NCBI RefSeq assembly: GCF_000485595.1
Contig: NW_014577091.1
Span: 673,988 to 732,677 of the forward strand
Origin: Priapulus caudatus
Taxonomy: Eukaryota
Length of the DNA stretch: 58,690 nt
Direction: 5' to 3'
Positions 25,298 to 38,299 of this stretch are shown one piece after another; the stretch's first letter is position 1, and each line of letters starts with the position of its first letter. The notes under the pieces are model-generated. The model saw nothing but the letters and a program-made list of their open reading frames with translations. It was not told where the DNA came from and searched no databases. The translations under genes and the position numbers were made by a program.

Positions 25298-26651
25298 GTT
25301 CTACCTACCTACCTTCCCCCCTACCACCTTCCTAACCCCGCGCCCGCGACAGCCTTTGTATTATGCAGGCACCTGACCATCGCCAGCTCCATTCCGCCAC
25401 CCATTCCTCTTTTCCTCCCTTTATCTGCCCCTCCCCCGCCTAGCTCCACACTGGCCTCCCTCGCGCGCGCGTCACAACGTGTAGTCTATAACCTGCAGGC
25501 ACTTGAAAACCACTCCGTAATCTGTTCACATGGTTTGTTCGCTTCTTCTCTCCATCCCCTCCCCCTCCCCACCCGCGCCTTCTCTCCCAGCCCTCTTCCT
25601 CTGCTCCGCTCTCACTGTCCTCCCTCACGCACACGCGTGACAGCCGTAGCCCGTAGCCTGCAGGCACCTTGCAATCGCTCTGTAATGTGTTTACCGGGTG
25701 TGTGCTCTCGCGACATATGCAAACAGGCGCGTTCTGACGGCGTGTTTGTTGAATGCATATTCATTATCCACAACTCTGACACATCGGAAGGGAAACAAAC
25801 GACAGCAGACGCCAGGCTAAGCGTTCTCCTCGTAGCCGAAGGCGAGGATTGACTAGAAGTACTAATAAAAAGTAGATAAAAAGTAACATATTGCCGTTTT
25901 TATTTATTTCGTTTGCGTACTCTACGGCCGGAAAATATCCTGGGTTCATAAACGATACAATGTCTGTTATATGTAGGCATCCGATCTAGTTAACAGTCGG
26001 TTGCAACGGTGTAACCGAACACAGATTGACAGTGTAGTATGAATATTGATATGAATGTAGTGTCGAATATAACAATGGATGTGTTTTACAATCAAGTTAG
26101 TACGCCTTTTATTTAGAAACTCTCCTTCCATTGCTACGGGGCTTTGTACGTGTTTAATATTGCACACGCGCCGTTGCCCATAGTCACATTCATGCACACG
26201 CGCGCGCTCGCGTACTCACGCATACACGCACGCACCCATGCACATACATAGATACAACGCGTGCATTTTTCAGTATATATATAATCTTTCTCACATTTAC
26301 TTCATAGCCATACACTAAGACACCATATTAAATACAGGTTTAGTGACGTTTAATTGTGTTAATTTTTGAACTTCTTAACTAGAGCGCCGTGGAACGTAGT
26401 CGCACCTTAATTTGTTATCTGACCCTGTTTTATCCTATAGCGAAATACTAGCAAATATAGCGACGCACTCTTAGCTTTTACGCAACCCCATAAAAGTTCA
26501 ATGTATGCGTAAATTTCCACTTGAGTTCTCAGGTTTCACGTGTAGCTGAGCGAGTAGCCGACCGTTTTAGCTTTGGTAAAACATGCCTATAATCACGCTC
26601 ATACCTGATTCCTACTTCCCTCTCCCTCCCCTCTCTCTCTTGTACGCACGC

Positions 26652-26854
<203 letters not shown>

Positions 26855-27271
26855 GGTGTTATGTCACAACCATACAAAATCCCCTGCGATTGTACCAAGT
26901 CGTGTTCAGTCGCGGCTAATAGCTTACTTTCAATGACTATATATAAAATAGATGCATTGATTTGTTCACGTGTCCATGCAATATATAGCACAATTCTTTG
27001 CTCAGAGATCACTGTAAAAATGCAAACAAATAACCAACAGCACTTTACCTGAATAATGTCGTCCGCTATTATATAATTTTATCCCAAAATACCCCGAACG
27101 AACGTAATGTATACAAACATACCACCTGAAGTTATTCTTACTACATTTCGATCTACAAATCTCTGCATTAGGAATGAGAGTGAAACTTTCCCTGACTATC
27201 ATCTGAAAAATCTTGACCTAATGATTTACGACACGCCTGACAACGAGGAGCCGTCCGTCTCTCTCCCAGCC

Positions 27272-27546
27272 TGTTCTGCTAGCATCTATGACAAATACGA
27301 CATACGCATATACGCTCTCCTATGACACTATTTGTCATAGGAAGATTCTTCCTATGACAAATATTGTTGTATGTGTTGTGCGCATCATAGGAGTTTAGGA
27401 GCGCTATTATGAACGCAAGCAGTGAATTTCAGCTGTAAAGCGGGACGACTCGCCAATATTTGTCATAGGAAGAATCTTACTATGACAAATAGTGTCATAA
27501 GAGAGCGTATATGCGTGTTGTATTTGTCATAGATGCAAGCAGAACA
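27272..27546. mobile_element. Foldback/MITE-like inverted repeat (~94-bp arms, 87-bp spacer) in the probable NK2.1 3' UTR
   Basis: Arm 27272-27366 is the reverse complement of 27454-27546 with 4 substitutions and one 2-nt indel. The arms are built from tatgacaaata-like sub-repeats. No clear TSD, so the inverted repeat is certain but the transposon origin is inferred. Confidence 0.65.
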
Positions 27547-27584
27547 TGTTGTCTCTCCGTAAGTTAAAACGGTGCCAGCCAGCA

Positions 27585-28366
27585 TCACCACGGTCGGTGG
27601 CTAAGAGCTGGCATGTAGGCACCCATGTCTAGCGAGCTCAGCCCCGCCATGTTTCCGTAACCGATCCCCGGCCCTCCCCCTCCTCCCCCTCCTCCCGTAC
27701 ACTGGATGATTCCTCCTCCTCCCCCTCCTCCCGTACACTGAATGATTCCTCCTCCTCCCGTGCACTGAAGGAAGTCTCCGTGTCTGCCGCCGCACAGGTC
27801 CGCCGCCGACGCCGCACAGACGATGTCGGCGCCTCCGGACGACGGCAGCGCCACCTTGCGCTGCGACTGTTCGCCAGCGTGCGCGATTGCAGCGCTCGTG
27901 GCGGCGGCGGCGGCGGCTGCGTCGGCCGACGACGAGCACGGCTTACCGTCCCTCACAAGCACGGGCACGGCGACGCGCCGCGGCGACAGCTGCTGCTGCT
28001 GCTGCGGTGACGTCAGCGCGACCGCGACGCCGCCTTTCGGCTGCGGCTGCTGTAACTCGTGCGTCGACTTATCTTTCGCCGAGCGCTTGCACTTGTAGCG
28101 GTGATTCTGGAACCAGATCTTCACCTGCGTCGGCGTCAGGTGGATCAGCCCCGCGAGGTGCTCGCGTTCGGGAGCCGACAGGTATTTCTGCTGCTTGAAG
28201 CGACGCTCCAGCTCGTAGACCTGCGCCTGCGAGAAGAGGATGCGTCGCTTGCGTCGCTGCGCCTGGAAGTGCAGCTGACTCTTCTGGCAGTCGGCGATCA
28301 GCGATGCCGGCATGCACTGCATGCTCATGTTCACCGAGCGCGCCGATGACGTCATCAGGCGCGAGA
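27585..28366 (-). CDS. NK2.1: NK2.1 (NKX2-1/scarecrow-class) homeobox gene, exon 2; homeobox at 28256-28077
   Basis: Acceptor cattttcag with AG at 28368-28367. Homeodomain [60 protein letters not shown] has the NK2-class Tyr54. NK2-specific domain [17 protein letters not shown] follows. C-terminus is HRPW, then TGA. Confidence 0.97.
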
Positions 28367-28458
28367 CTGAAAATGGAGTGCACGTGTTGAATGAGTTATA
28401 TGTATGTATGTATATACATATATATATATATATATAAACATTAGACACATCATTTAGC

Positions 28459-28496
<38 letters not shown>

Positions 28497-29578
28497 TTTA
28501 TTTATTTATTATTTATATCTATATAACACATACACATTCTCCCTCACATACATACNNNNNNNNNNTACACGCGCACACACGTACACATACACGCGCGCGC
28601 CCGTGCTCACATGCACCAGCATCATCGTTTAGGAATTAATGAATTAGTGGTAGTAACGATCACTGTTAGTAGTTGTTGCCGAACAGGAACCGATACGCAC
28701 TCAAACGAGAAAAAGCTATAAATGCTAGAAGCTCACATTGGCTCGAACTTTATTTTCACTACTACTATTAGAAGGACGACGTCGAAAATATCTATCATAA
28801 TGAAATCGCTAGAAAATATCTAAAGCTAATGAAGACAAACGAAAATGAGAGAATGACTTTAGTTTATTAAAATATATATCACCTATGAAAACCTCGCCGC
28901 AGCAGGAAAATCACATCAAAATGCATAACGATATTACCGTTAAGCCCAAATAACGGCACGCGTCTCGAAGGTCGGCGAAGCGCCGAGTTGCCTATCATTT
29001 CGATAAAACTGCAAATTCGCTCATTATAAGGCGCGGCTAGATCGGCTTGATGTCAAAGTGTGAGCATTACTCACTGTCTCTATGCTAATTCGCTGACGGA
29101 ACACGTGAATGCGCTTGTCGTAATTGCATCTGTATCGCGTAATATCGTGCCTCCCCGCTTCTTTTATGCAGAGAAGCGATAATCAGCGCGATTGAGTTAT
29201 TGAGTTATTGAGCTCATTTGTGTGATGTAATTAAATGCGGACATCAAAGTTGTCTCAAATGCCATAGATTGGTAATTGCGTCGTAGCCGATGAAGTGTGT
29301 GCACACTACCTGAGCATATCTTTATTCCTTATCTCTCTTCCTCTTTCTTATTCACTCCCTGTTTGTCTTTCCCCGTCTTTCCCTCTTCTTTCTTTCGCTC
29401 TCTCCATCTCTCTTTCTCTGTCTCCTTGTCTCCCCCTTATCGCTTTCCATTTATTATACTTTTTGTCATTCCTATCAATTGCCTGCTCTTAATATCACTT
29501 CCTCTTTCTCTTGCTCTTTCTATTTCGCTCTTCTCTTTCTCTCTCTTTCTCTCTCACTCTCTCTCTCTCTTTCTCTCA

Positions 29579-29618
<40 letters not shown>

Positions 29619-30125
29619 CTCTCTACCACTCTCTCACACAGACGCTCGCTGTCACCCTCTCTCGCAATATCAATCTCGTACTCTTCCCTCCTCTCCCTTT
29701 CTCACTTGTGTACGTGTCTGTGCGCGCGTGCGTGCCTCTGTGTCTGTATGCGCGCGTTTGTGTAGCTGAAAAAATATTATCCCACCAATTGGTAAACATA
29801 TATGTATCAGTAGAATAGCACGAAATATGCACGCACTCATCGCGAAAAACTAAAAAAAATCCCCTTTATTGGGATAAATACGTAAAGTGCCTCTCAATAC
29901 ATTAGTTTACTATCGATATTGAATCTGTAATTTTTATTGTTGAAAGCGGTATTTTTTAAACTCTAGAAATGATCATGATTTATCTTATTCTAACGGACGC
30001 AAAGACCTGTTAAATTATACTCGTACGTCGTTGTTGATAATAGCTTGCGATTTTAATGGGATGATTAATAGAGAAACGCGTCGTATCAGGTAGATAATAC
30101 CGTTGTGCGTGATAAGGTGTGTATA

Positions 30126-30126
<1 letters not shown>

Positions 30127-30201
<75 letters not shown>

Positions 30202-30266
30202 TGTATGTGGTGTGTGGGTGTGTGGCGTGTGTGTGGTGGTACGGTGCGTGTGTGTGTTGTGTGCGT

Positions 30267-30301
<35 letters not shown>

Positions 30302-30385
30302 AGGCGTGTTGTGTGTGTGTTGCTGCGGTGCGGTCCGGGGCGTGGTGTGTGTGCATGTGTGTGTTGTGTGTGCGTGTGTGTGTGT

Positions 30386-30454
<69 letters not shown>
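30127..30454. repeat. (TG)n microsatellite in the NK2.1 intron, degenerate in the middle
   Basis: Visible directly. Confidence 0.9.
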
Positions 30455-30455
<1 letters not shown>

Positions 30456-31969
30456 TGAGTGTGTGGATTTCCATCATACACTGTTTCTCTAATTTCTTAC
30501 ATTAAATATATTTAAGTTAATGTTGGAATTTCGTAAGTAACTCACAATTATTGGTAACTTTTTTACACTTATCCGCTTAGTTAGTGTTAATAGACTGCAT
30601 GTGGCTTCTAAACAACGAAGTAATCACTCAGTCTACCATTTTGTACCGCGGATAGAATTATTAAAATTATTCATACGTTTATGAAGCACACTATACAATA
30701 TAGGTTATACTAACAACAGGTACTTGGGGGACTTGTAAGAATCATAAAATTAATTATATGAGGTTAATGTGTATATTGTAATAAAACCAAAGGATGGAAT
30801 CAGAATTAACACGGAGAGTTATAGAAGGAATACTGAACAGGCCTCAAAATAGTGAAAATGCTGTCTATACATAATTCTGCAATAGATTTAAAAATAAAAT
30901 GTCTAAATTGTTCACCAAAGGGTGACTGTTAACAAATTTATAAGTAAAAATACAAGTCAAATATATAATTAACTAGATGTAAGACATTTGATAACATACA
31001 CAGCTATAGAGTTAATAAACCCGTAATTAATTATTATTCAATTGATCCAGACTTCAACGTACTAGCCGTAATTGGTCATACTATAACCACAAATCAAGTA
31101 ATTTTAAAATTCCCATTACCAGTTCAGTCAAGTCTAGGTGTTAGATCAAATATATAAATAGAGGTATAGATTTATTAAGTTGCTAAAATACTTATTTTTA
31201 ATTACTCTCAAAGGATACCAGTCGTATAAATCTCAGTAATTTAATAGTCAATAAAACACATTCCTATTAAATTATAGATTAATTACTTTCAGTCTCTGAG
31301 TCAAAAATGCATATAATGTTGATAATGAGAACCTAGCTAGATATGATATAGATAACGAAGTTACCGAATTCTGATTTAATTATCCGCTCTCCGCGGTAGG
31401 TAGATCAAATATTAAATTGAGTACCTACAAATATAGAATTATGAATTTGCTAAAATCATTTTTTAAATTACTCTCAGCATCTCCGCGGTAGGTAAATCTA
31501 ATATTCAAGAGATAATATTATGTGATTGATAGATTGTGATGAAGCCGTTAGTTCATTTGGTTTAATTACTTTCGCTGCCGCAAACCTATAGATCAGGTCT
31601 ACTGTTCAATAGATTGACCTAAACTGGATACAACCGCCGATTCGTCACTATACAGTTGTGCTCGTCGTGTCCGCCATAGAATGTGTATTATCTTCAAGAG
31701 GTTTATTTATATATAGACACATGAAGAATAAATATGAGGTTATGTGCCGGTGATGAATTATCACTAAAGTATTCCTAGCCATATACTGATGAATAGATTC
31801 ATCTTAAATTAAGTGTAAAATCTGTAAGATCATAGCAATAAATAGAATAAACCGAAGTATCACAGTAATAAAATACATAATCCACATTATGACAAAAATA
31901 AATATATAATCCTATGGTACGGGGAGTGGGGTGGTGGGTGGGTGGTGCATGGGGGCAGCTGGTACTTAC

Positions 31970-32372
31970 TCTGGCTTAGGCGTGGGTCGGTACTGCCTCC
32001 GTACCAGCTGCTACCCGTGTAGCGCACCCCGCCCGCCGACGTCGCATCTCCGTACGCCGACGACAGGCCGTCGGCGACGCTGCAATACTGGTGCGTCGGG
32101 AAGGCCGACGCGTGCGGCGACGTCGACGACGACGTGAGCTGCGGCACGTGCACGTGGTAGGGCGACGCGGCGACGTTGTTGCCGCACGAAGACGTCGGCG
32201 TGCCGACGACGCCGCAACTGTAGCCGGCGACGAGCGACGATGGCGCCGCGGTGGCGTGTTGAAAGCTTGTGTCGAACGTCGGCGGCGGCGCGCGCTTGTA
32301 TCCGTCGTCGGCGACCGGACTCAGGATGTCGCTGACAGAGAACGACGTCGACTGTTTCGGGCTCATAGCCAT
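31970..32372 (-). CDS. NK2.1: NK2.1 homeobox gene, exon 1
   Basis: ATG at 32372 in context gccgacATGg gives MAMSPKQSTSFSVSDILSP (TN/eh1 motif; vertebrate NKX2-1 has MSMSPKHTTPFSVSDILSP). Ends WYGGSTDPRLSQ with donor A|gtaagt. The phase-1 splice gives DPRLSQISRLM (vertebrate DPRFPAISRFM). Total 1185 nt = 394 aa plus stop. Confidence 0.95.
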
Positions 32373-32424
32373 GTCGGCGACGTCGTCTTCTCTCACCCTT
32401 CGCCGACGTGCAATAAGCTTTGAG

Positions 32425-32440
32425 CGACGACGACGATGAC

Positions 32441-32505
<65 letters not shown>

Positions 32506-32660
32506 TCCTGATATTAGGCACCGATGATGATAGTATTGTCAGGTGCCGACGACGATGACGATATCGGATGCTGACGACGATTATGATATCAGGTTCCGAC
32601 GATGATGTCGGTATCAGATGCCGACGACGATGTTGTTATAAGACGCAGAGTACGCTGACG
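32425..32660. repeat. (GAC/GAT)n trinucleotide repeat decaying into ~21-24-bp units, upstream of the NK2.1 ATG
   Basis: Near-pure run at 32425-32505, then units like ccgacgacgatgacgatatcggatg. Confidence 0.85.
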
Positions 32661-33104
32661 ATAACAGACCATTTCCTCCCGCGACGTCGGCTGGCTTTCT
32701 GTTATTTTTGCGGTTAAAAAATTGTCGACTACGTCACTGCTGTACATGTGGGGGTTACAGAGCTACTAGCAGATGAACTATTCCAAAACTATTGCGACAC
32801 TTGACTCTTTCCCTCTCTCACACACAAACACACTCTCTCTCTCACAAACACTCTCTCCCCTTCTTCCCCTCTCTCTCTCTCTCTCTCTCTCTCTTGCTCT
32901 TTCTCTCTCTCCGTGAACAAGAAAGCGTGTCGAGTGTTTTCCTTCTGCTTGACTCGAACCGCCGCTTGTTGGTTCGATAAAGCGTGTCTCACTCGCTCCC
33001 TCTCCCACTCCTCTGTGCCTCGCTCCCTCTCCTCCGCCTACCACTGATACTCGAAATGCGATACAATGATACTTCACATTCTCTCTTCATCAAGACTCGC
33101 CTAC

Positions 33105-33225
33105 GAACGGCGGGGAGGGGGTGTCACTCGACCGAAGCCCACTGCGCATGCGCTCGCGATGCTAGGCGATCGACGGACGAGAATATGATCGGCTGCGTAC
33201 TGCCGGGCTCGACCAATCAGCGCGA
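33105..33225 (-). promoter_or_regulatory. Candidate NK2.1 proximal promoter
   Basis: CpG-rich patch ~750-850 bp upstream of the ATG, with a GC-box-like ggcggggagggg (~33109), an NRF1/ewg-like tgcgcatgcgc (33143-33153) and gaccaatcag (CCAAT, ~33213). Motif evidence only; TSS unknown. Confidence 0.4.
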
Positions 33226-33282
33226 GAGGAGCCCCGTTTGCCGATGACTGAATGATGAATAGGCAGCGAGAGAAAGAGGGGG

Positions 33283-33390
<108 letters not shown>

Positions 33391-33975
33391 NNNNNNNNNN
33401 NNNNNNNNNNNNNNNNNNNNNNNNNNNNNNNNNNNNNNNNNNNNNNNNNNNNNNNNNNNNNNNNNNNNNNNNNNNNNNNNNNNNNNNNNNNNNNNNNNNN
33501 NNNNNNNNNNNNNNNNNNNNNNNNNNNNNNNNNNNNNNNNNNNNNNNNNNNNNNNNNNNNNNNNNNNNNNNNNNNNNNNNNNNNNNNNNNNNNNNNNNNN
33601 NNNNNNNNNNNNNNNNNNNNNNNNNNNNNNNNNNNNNNNNNNNNNNNNNNNNNNNNNNNNNNNNNNNNNNNNNNNNNNNNNNNNNNNNNNNNNNNNNNNN
33701 NNNNNNNNNNNNNNNNNNNNNNNNNNNNNNNNNNNNNNNNNNNNNNNNNNNNNNNNNNNNNNNNNNNNNNNNNNNNNNNNNNNNNNNNNNNNNNNNNNNN
33801 NNNNNNNNNNNNNNNNNNNNNNNNNNNNNNNNNNNNNNNNNNNNNNNNNNNNNNNNNNNNNNNNNNNNNNNNNNNNNNNNNNNNNNNNNNNNNNNNNNNN
33901 NNNNNNNNNNNNNNNNNNNNNNNNNNNNNNNNNNNNNNNNNNNNNNNNNNNNNNNNNNNNNNNNNNNNNNNNNNN
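33391..33975. other. Assembly gap (585 N); smaller gaps at 5826-5850, 28556-28565, 39612-39636 and 48559-48583
   Basis: Runs of N. Confidence 1.
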
Positions 33976-34595
33976 CTTCTTCTTCTTCTTCTTCTTCTTC
34001 TTTTCATTCTTCTTTTCTATTTTATTCACCAACATCTTAATTACGTCTTTTTGGTCCTTTTCATCCTCCTTCAACTTAATACTTTTCGTCTTCCTTTTTG
34101 TTATATCGTTCACTTTTATAAGACTATATTGGGGAGTATTTATTTGTTATAATGTGCAGCTGATATAGAGTGTCGTCCCATCAGCAACCCTGGATGTGAA
34201 TGATGTAAGAGCCACCCGGCTATATGAAAGAGAAATACACAACTATTTGTTGCGAGGCTACTAGAGAAAGCACTTGTAGTTGTGGTCGATCATGCCTCGT
34301 ATTGAGATTTGAATACTATGAGTAACAACTAGACTTTACATTTCTCACACGTTTTCTCGACCTCGATCGCTATCTATAAGGGGTGCGATAAAGGAAGCCG
34401 AAACATTCTTCCGAGAAACGACGTTTATTGCCTAATAACATGAGTCTAGTTTAAATTTACGCACAACCCTTCTGATCGAAAAATTGCCACTCTGTAAATA
34501 TTGAAGCTCTTGCCTTGTGCTGAGATACTGTTTTGTCACATTGTACGCAACATGAGAAACGGGAAAATGGTATGTCCCTCCGTCTGTATGTCTAT

Positions 34596-34672
34596 CCGTC
34601 CGTCCGCCCGTCCGCCCGTCCGCCCGTCCGCCCGTCCGCCCGTCCGCCCGTCCGCCCGTCCGTTCGTCCGTC
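34596..34672. repeat. (CCGCCCGT)n 8-bp tandem repeat
   Basis: Visible directly. Confidence 0.9.
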
Positions 34673-35039
34673 CATCAGTCCATACAACCATCCACCCCAT
34701 CTACCCATTCATGGATGTATTAAACTAACAACTTGAATAGTTTGAATTAAATTGGAATACTCTTATTGTAACAATTCCTTACCCAGATCTATCGCACACA
34801 TTTGGAAAGTTAACGCACCGCTTACTTGTTCACAATCATCACCCACTATGACCCGATCTACGCCCCACCCCACCCGATCCCATCTCAGGCCCCCTGGCGT
34901 TAGCAACATTGCTAATGCTCAGTATGTGTTACAATGGCAACGTGCGTGGCGACTGTATCGGCTGTTAACGAGAGAAAACACGCCATTAGTCGTCTGTGAG
35001 GAGGCTCAGCAACGACACGGACAAAACATTCGGTCACCT

Positions 35040-35074
35040 CACACACACGTACGCGCTCGCACACACGCGCACAT

Positions 35075-35126
<52 letters not shown>

Positions 35127-35760
35127 TCACACACACACACCCACACACACAACGCACGACACACACCACGCAACAACACACACACGCCACGCACACACAA
35201 CGCAACACATACGCACCACACACATACACACATCCACCCAAAACACACACGCACACACACACACACACCACACACACACACACCACTGCGCGCGGCGCGC
35301 ACACACACACACACACCGCACACGACGCGGCTCGCACACACAACGTACACACGCGCGCACACCACGCAACGCCCACACACACGCCACAACACACATACGC
35401 ACCACCACACACACACATACACCACACGCACACACACACACCTTACAGCACACACACACAGACACACAACGTACACACACACAACACACACACACACACA
35501 CACACACTTCACCACACACCCACACACACAACACACACACAACACACCACACACCACACACATCACGCGCGTGCACGCACGCACGCACACAGCACAACAT
35601 CACAGCGGCACACTCACACACACATTACATCTACACGCACCACACACCAACGCACACCATAACGCACACACACATATCACATCAACCCAACAGCACACAC
35701 GCTGCACCACACACACCACACACACACACACACACCACGCCACATACACACACACACACA

Positions 35761-35791
<31 letters not shown>

Positions 35792-36062
35792 TACACACGC
35801 GGCACACACACACACACACACACAACACACACACACACACAACACGCGCGCGGCGCACACACACGTTACGCGCTTCGCACACACACACACCCACAGCGCA
35901 CACGGCGCACGCACGGCGCGCGCCACACACCAAACACACACACACACACACACAACACACCCCACACACACACACACACACACACAGTCACACACAAACA
36001 CAGACACAGACACATCACACACACACACACACACACACACACACCACACACCAACACTCACA

Positions 36063-36098
<36 letters not shown>

Positions 36099-36270
36099 CA
36101 CACACACAACAGGCACACACACACACACAACACACACACACACACACTACTACAACACACACACACAGAGAACAGACACACACACAAACGCACACCGCGC
36201 ACCCCCAGCACACACACACGCCGGCTCCGCACGCACGTTCGCCACGCATCGCACCGCTCACTCACACAGA
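35040..36270. repeat. Long degenerate (CA)n tract
   Basis: Noisy CA repeat; it produces the His/Thr and Cys/Val pseudo-ORFs. Confidence 0.9.
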
Positions 36271-36967
36271 TCACGGCAGCCAGCTGTTGGGTGAAAAGCC
36301 TCGTATTGCGTTAGGCTTACGCGCCCGCCGTGCTCTGCACATCTAGGTTGCCCCCGCGATGGCGCTGTGCTTGCATCCACGGCGACGCCAGTCTGTAGTC
36401 CGTCAATGATCTGAATGAAAGAAAGCCGCTGAATGTTACGCGGCCGTGAAGAAAGAAAACGCTCGCTCTTTTCTGGCGGGACGAGAGAGATTATTTCAGC
36501 TCGGCGTTCCGGAATAAACGCGCTGCGAGAGAAAAAGTGTGGGCGGCTCTGAGAGAAGCCAACGGGTGGGGGTACAAGAGACGGCAATGGAGGTGAGGGA
36601 GAGCAGAGGGTTGGAAAGTGGAATTGAAGAGAAAGGTGAGAGGAAAGATCGGATTCTTTGCGGGGGGGTGGCGCTAGCTAGTTTGTTGTGAGTTACGCTT
36701 TGTATTGCGAGTTATTTGTACACGTGAGGCGGCTAGCGCATGAGTCATTATAATACGTAGTTAGACTTACGCACTTTCTGGCACACCGCCATGTTGTTGT
36801 TATAGGCCTACCCACATGTTAATGTAAACCTTGCTTGTTTTAGCCTCCGGGCAATAGACTGAATATTAATTATATAAATAAAAGATATTTAAATAATTTT
36901 ATGTACATGCTATGTATTATTATATATTATATAATATATATAAAGTATATATAGTATAAAATGGTTG

Positions 36968-37018
<51 letters not shown>

Positions 37019-37029
37019 GTGTGTGAGTG

Positions 37030-37071
<42 letters not shown>

Positions 37072-38299
37072 GTGTCCGTGAGGGCGTGTGTACACAGAAT
37101 GTGTGTACGCGTGTGTTTCCACGTGTATATGTGTGCGCGAGTATGTGTGCATGTGTTTGCCCACAGCTATGTGCGTGCGTGCGTGTGTGCGCGCCCGCTT
37201 TGTATGAAGTCGCCTGTGTTCGCAAGCACAACAACATATACGAAGTGTAGCGAATGCTAGCAGCACAACACCGGCTATTACTTGTGGTATTAAGCGGAAC
37301 CACTTACTCTTATTATATCGCGGGACCACTTATACGTTTTGGTATAGTGACCTTTGGCCGCCCGTCTTAGCGCGCGTGCAGGCACTACGACGGGGCATTG
37401 TGGGACAACTAAACTCCTTCTCGTTGAAATAAAGACGCCCCTCGTTTTTAACTCGACAGCGTTTCTGATGACACCGTACTGACTCCCGGATAATCGCCAT
37501 GAGCTCGTTGTCAGAAACAAAATTAGTCCCCACGTTAATCTTAGAATTAGCTTTTACTCGCAGACCTGACCGCTATACGCATACCTGACCGCTATACGCT
37601 GCGTATAAGTAACTCGTAACTTCTGTTCGATATTTCTGTTCAACATTCGACGAGACAGAGGTAATGTTAAGGCTGATTTTAAGACTAATTTTGTTTCTTA
37701 AAACGGGTTCCACATTCGCGGGGAAACATGCATTGCTCGGATCAGCGCATGCGCAGTTACTATTCGACGTTGAATGGTGTGGCGATGGATCGTTCGGAGA
37801 CATTGTCGATTTTTTGGCGAGTAATTTCTCGCTAACGAGCAGTCAAGAATGGAACGTTAAATTGACGGTCATGTAGTATTGCGGCGTGGTGTGCGTAGAT
37901 ATATAGTCTGTACGTAGACTTGGAATTATACAATGTAACACAGTATCTAATCATAGCCGGTTGTTCGCTTTCTGTAGGTAGAACCAAATGGACAATATAT
38001 GAGGTATTGCCGGGCAATTGCATTTCTCTACTATACTCGACTATGTATTATTCGTATTGCTAATTAATCCTTAAATAATTCATATTACTCGATAAACTGT
38101 AATCAGCGAGGTCGCATACACGATACACGGATCCAAATGAACGGGAATAAGTGTAACTATATCATCAGCAGGGGTAGGGTTCTTTAACTGCTACACAAGG
38201 TTTTCTTACGATATAAGTAAACATATGCTAGATTATGCTTGTATGTCAACCAATTTGTAGTCACTATATATATAGCTATGCTGTCATATTATACATAGT

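Noticed and set aside
24848..25852. 334-aa ORF on the + strand
   Set aside because: Pyrimidine-rich low-complexity sequence crossing a palindromic insertion and degenerate repeats; no recognisable domain.
28367..28448. N-terminal part of the 287-aa ORF-track call (MSNVYIYIY...)
   Set aside because: Intronic (TA)n sequence upstream of the splice acceptor; the real N-terminus is exon 1.
32373..32396. GTG start giving MREDDVAD before MAMSPK
   Set aside because: The ORF track allows non-ATG starts; homology and Kozak context point to the ATG at 32372.
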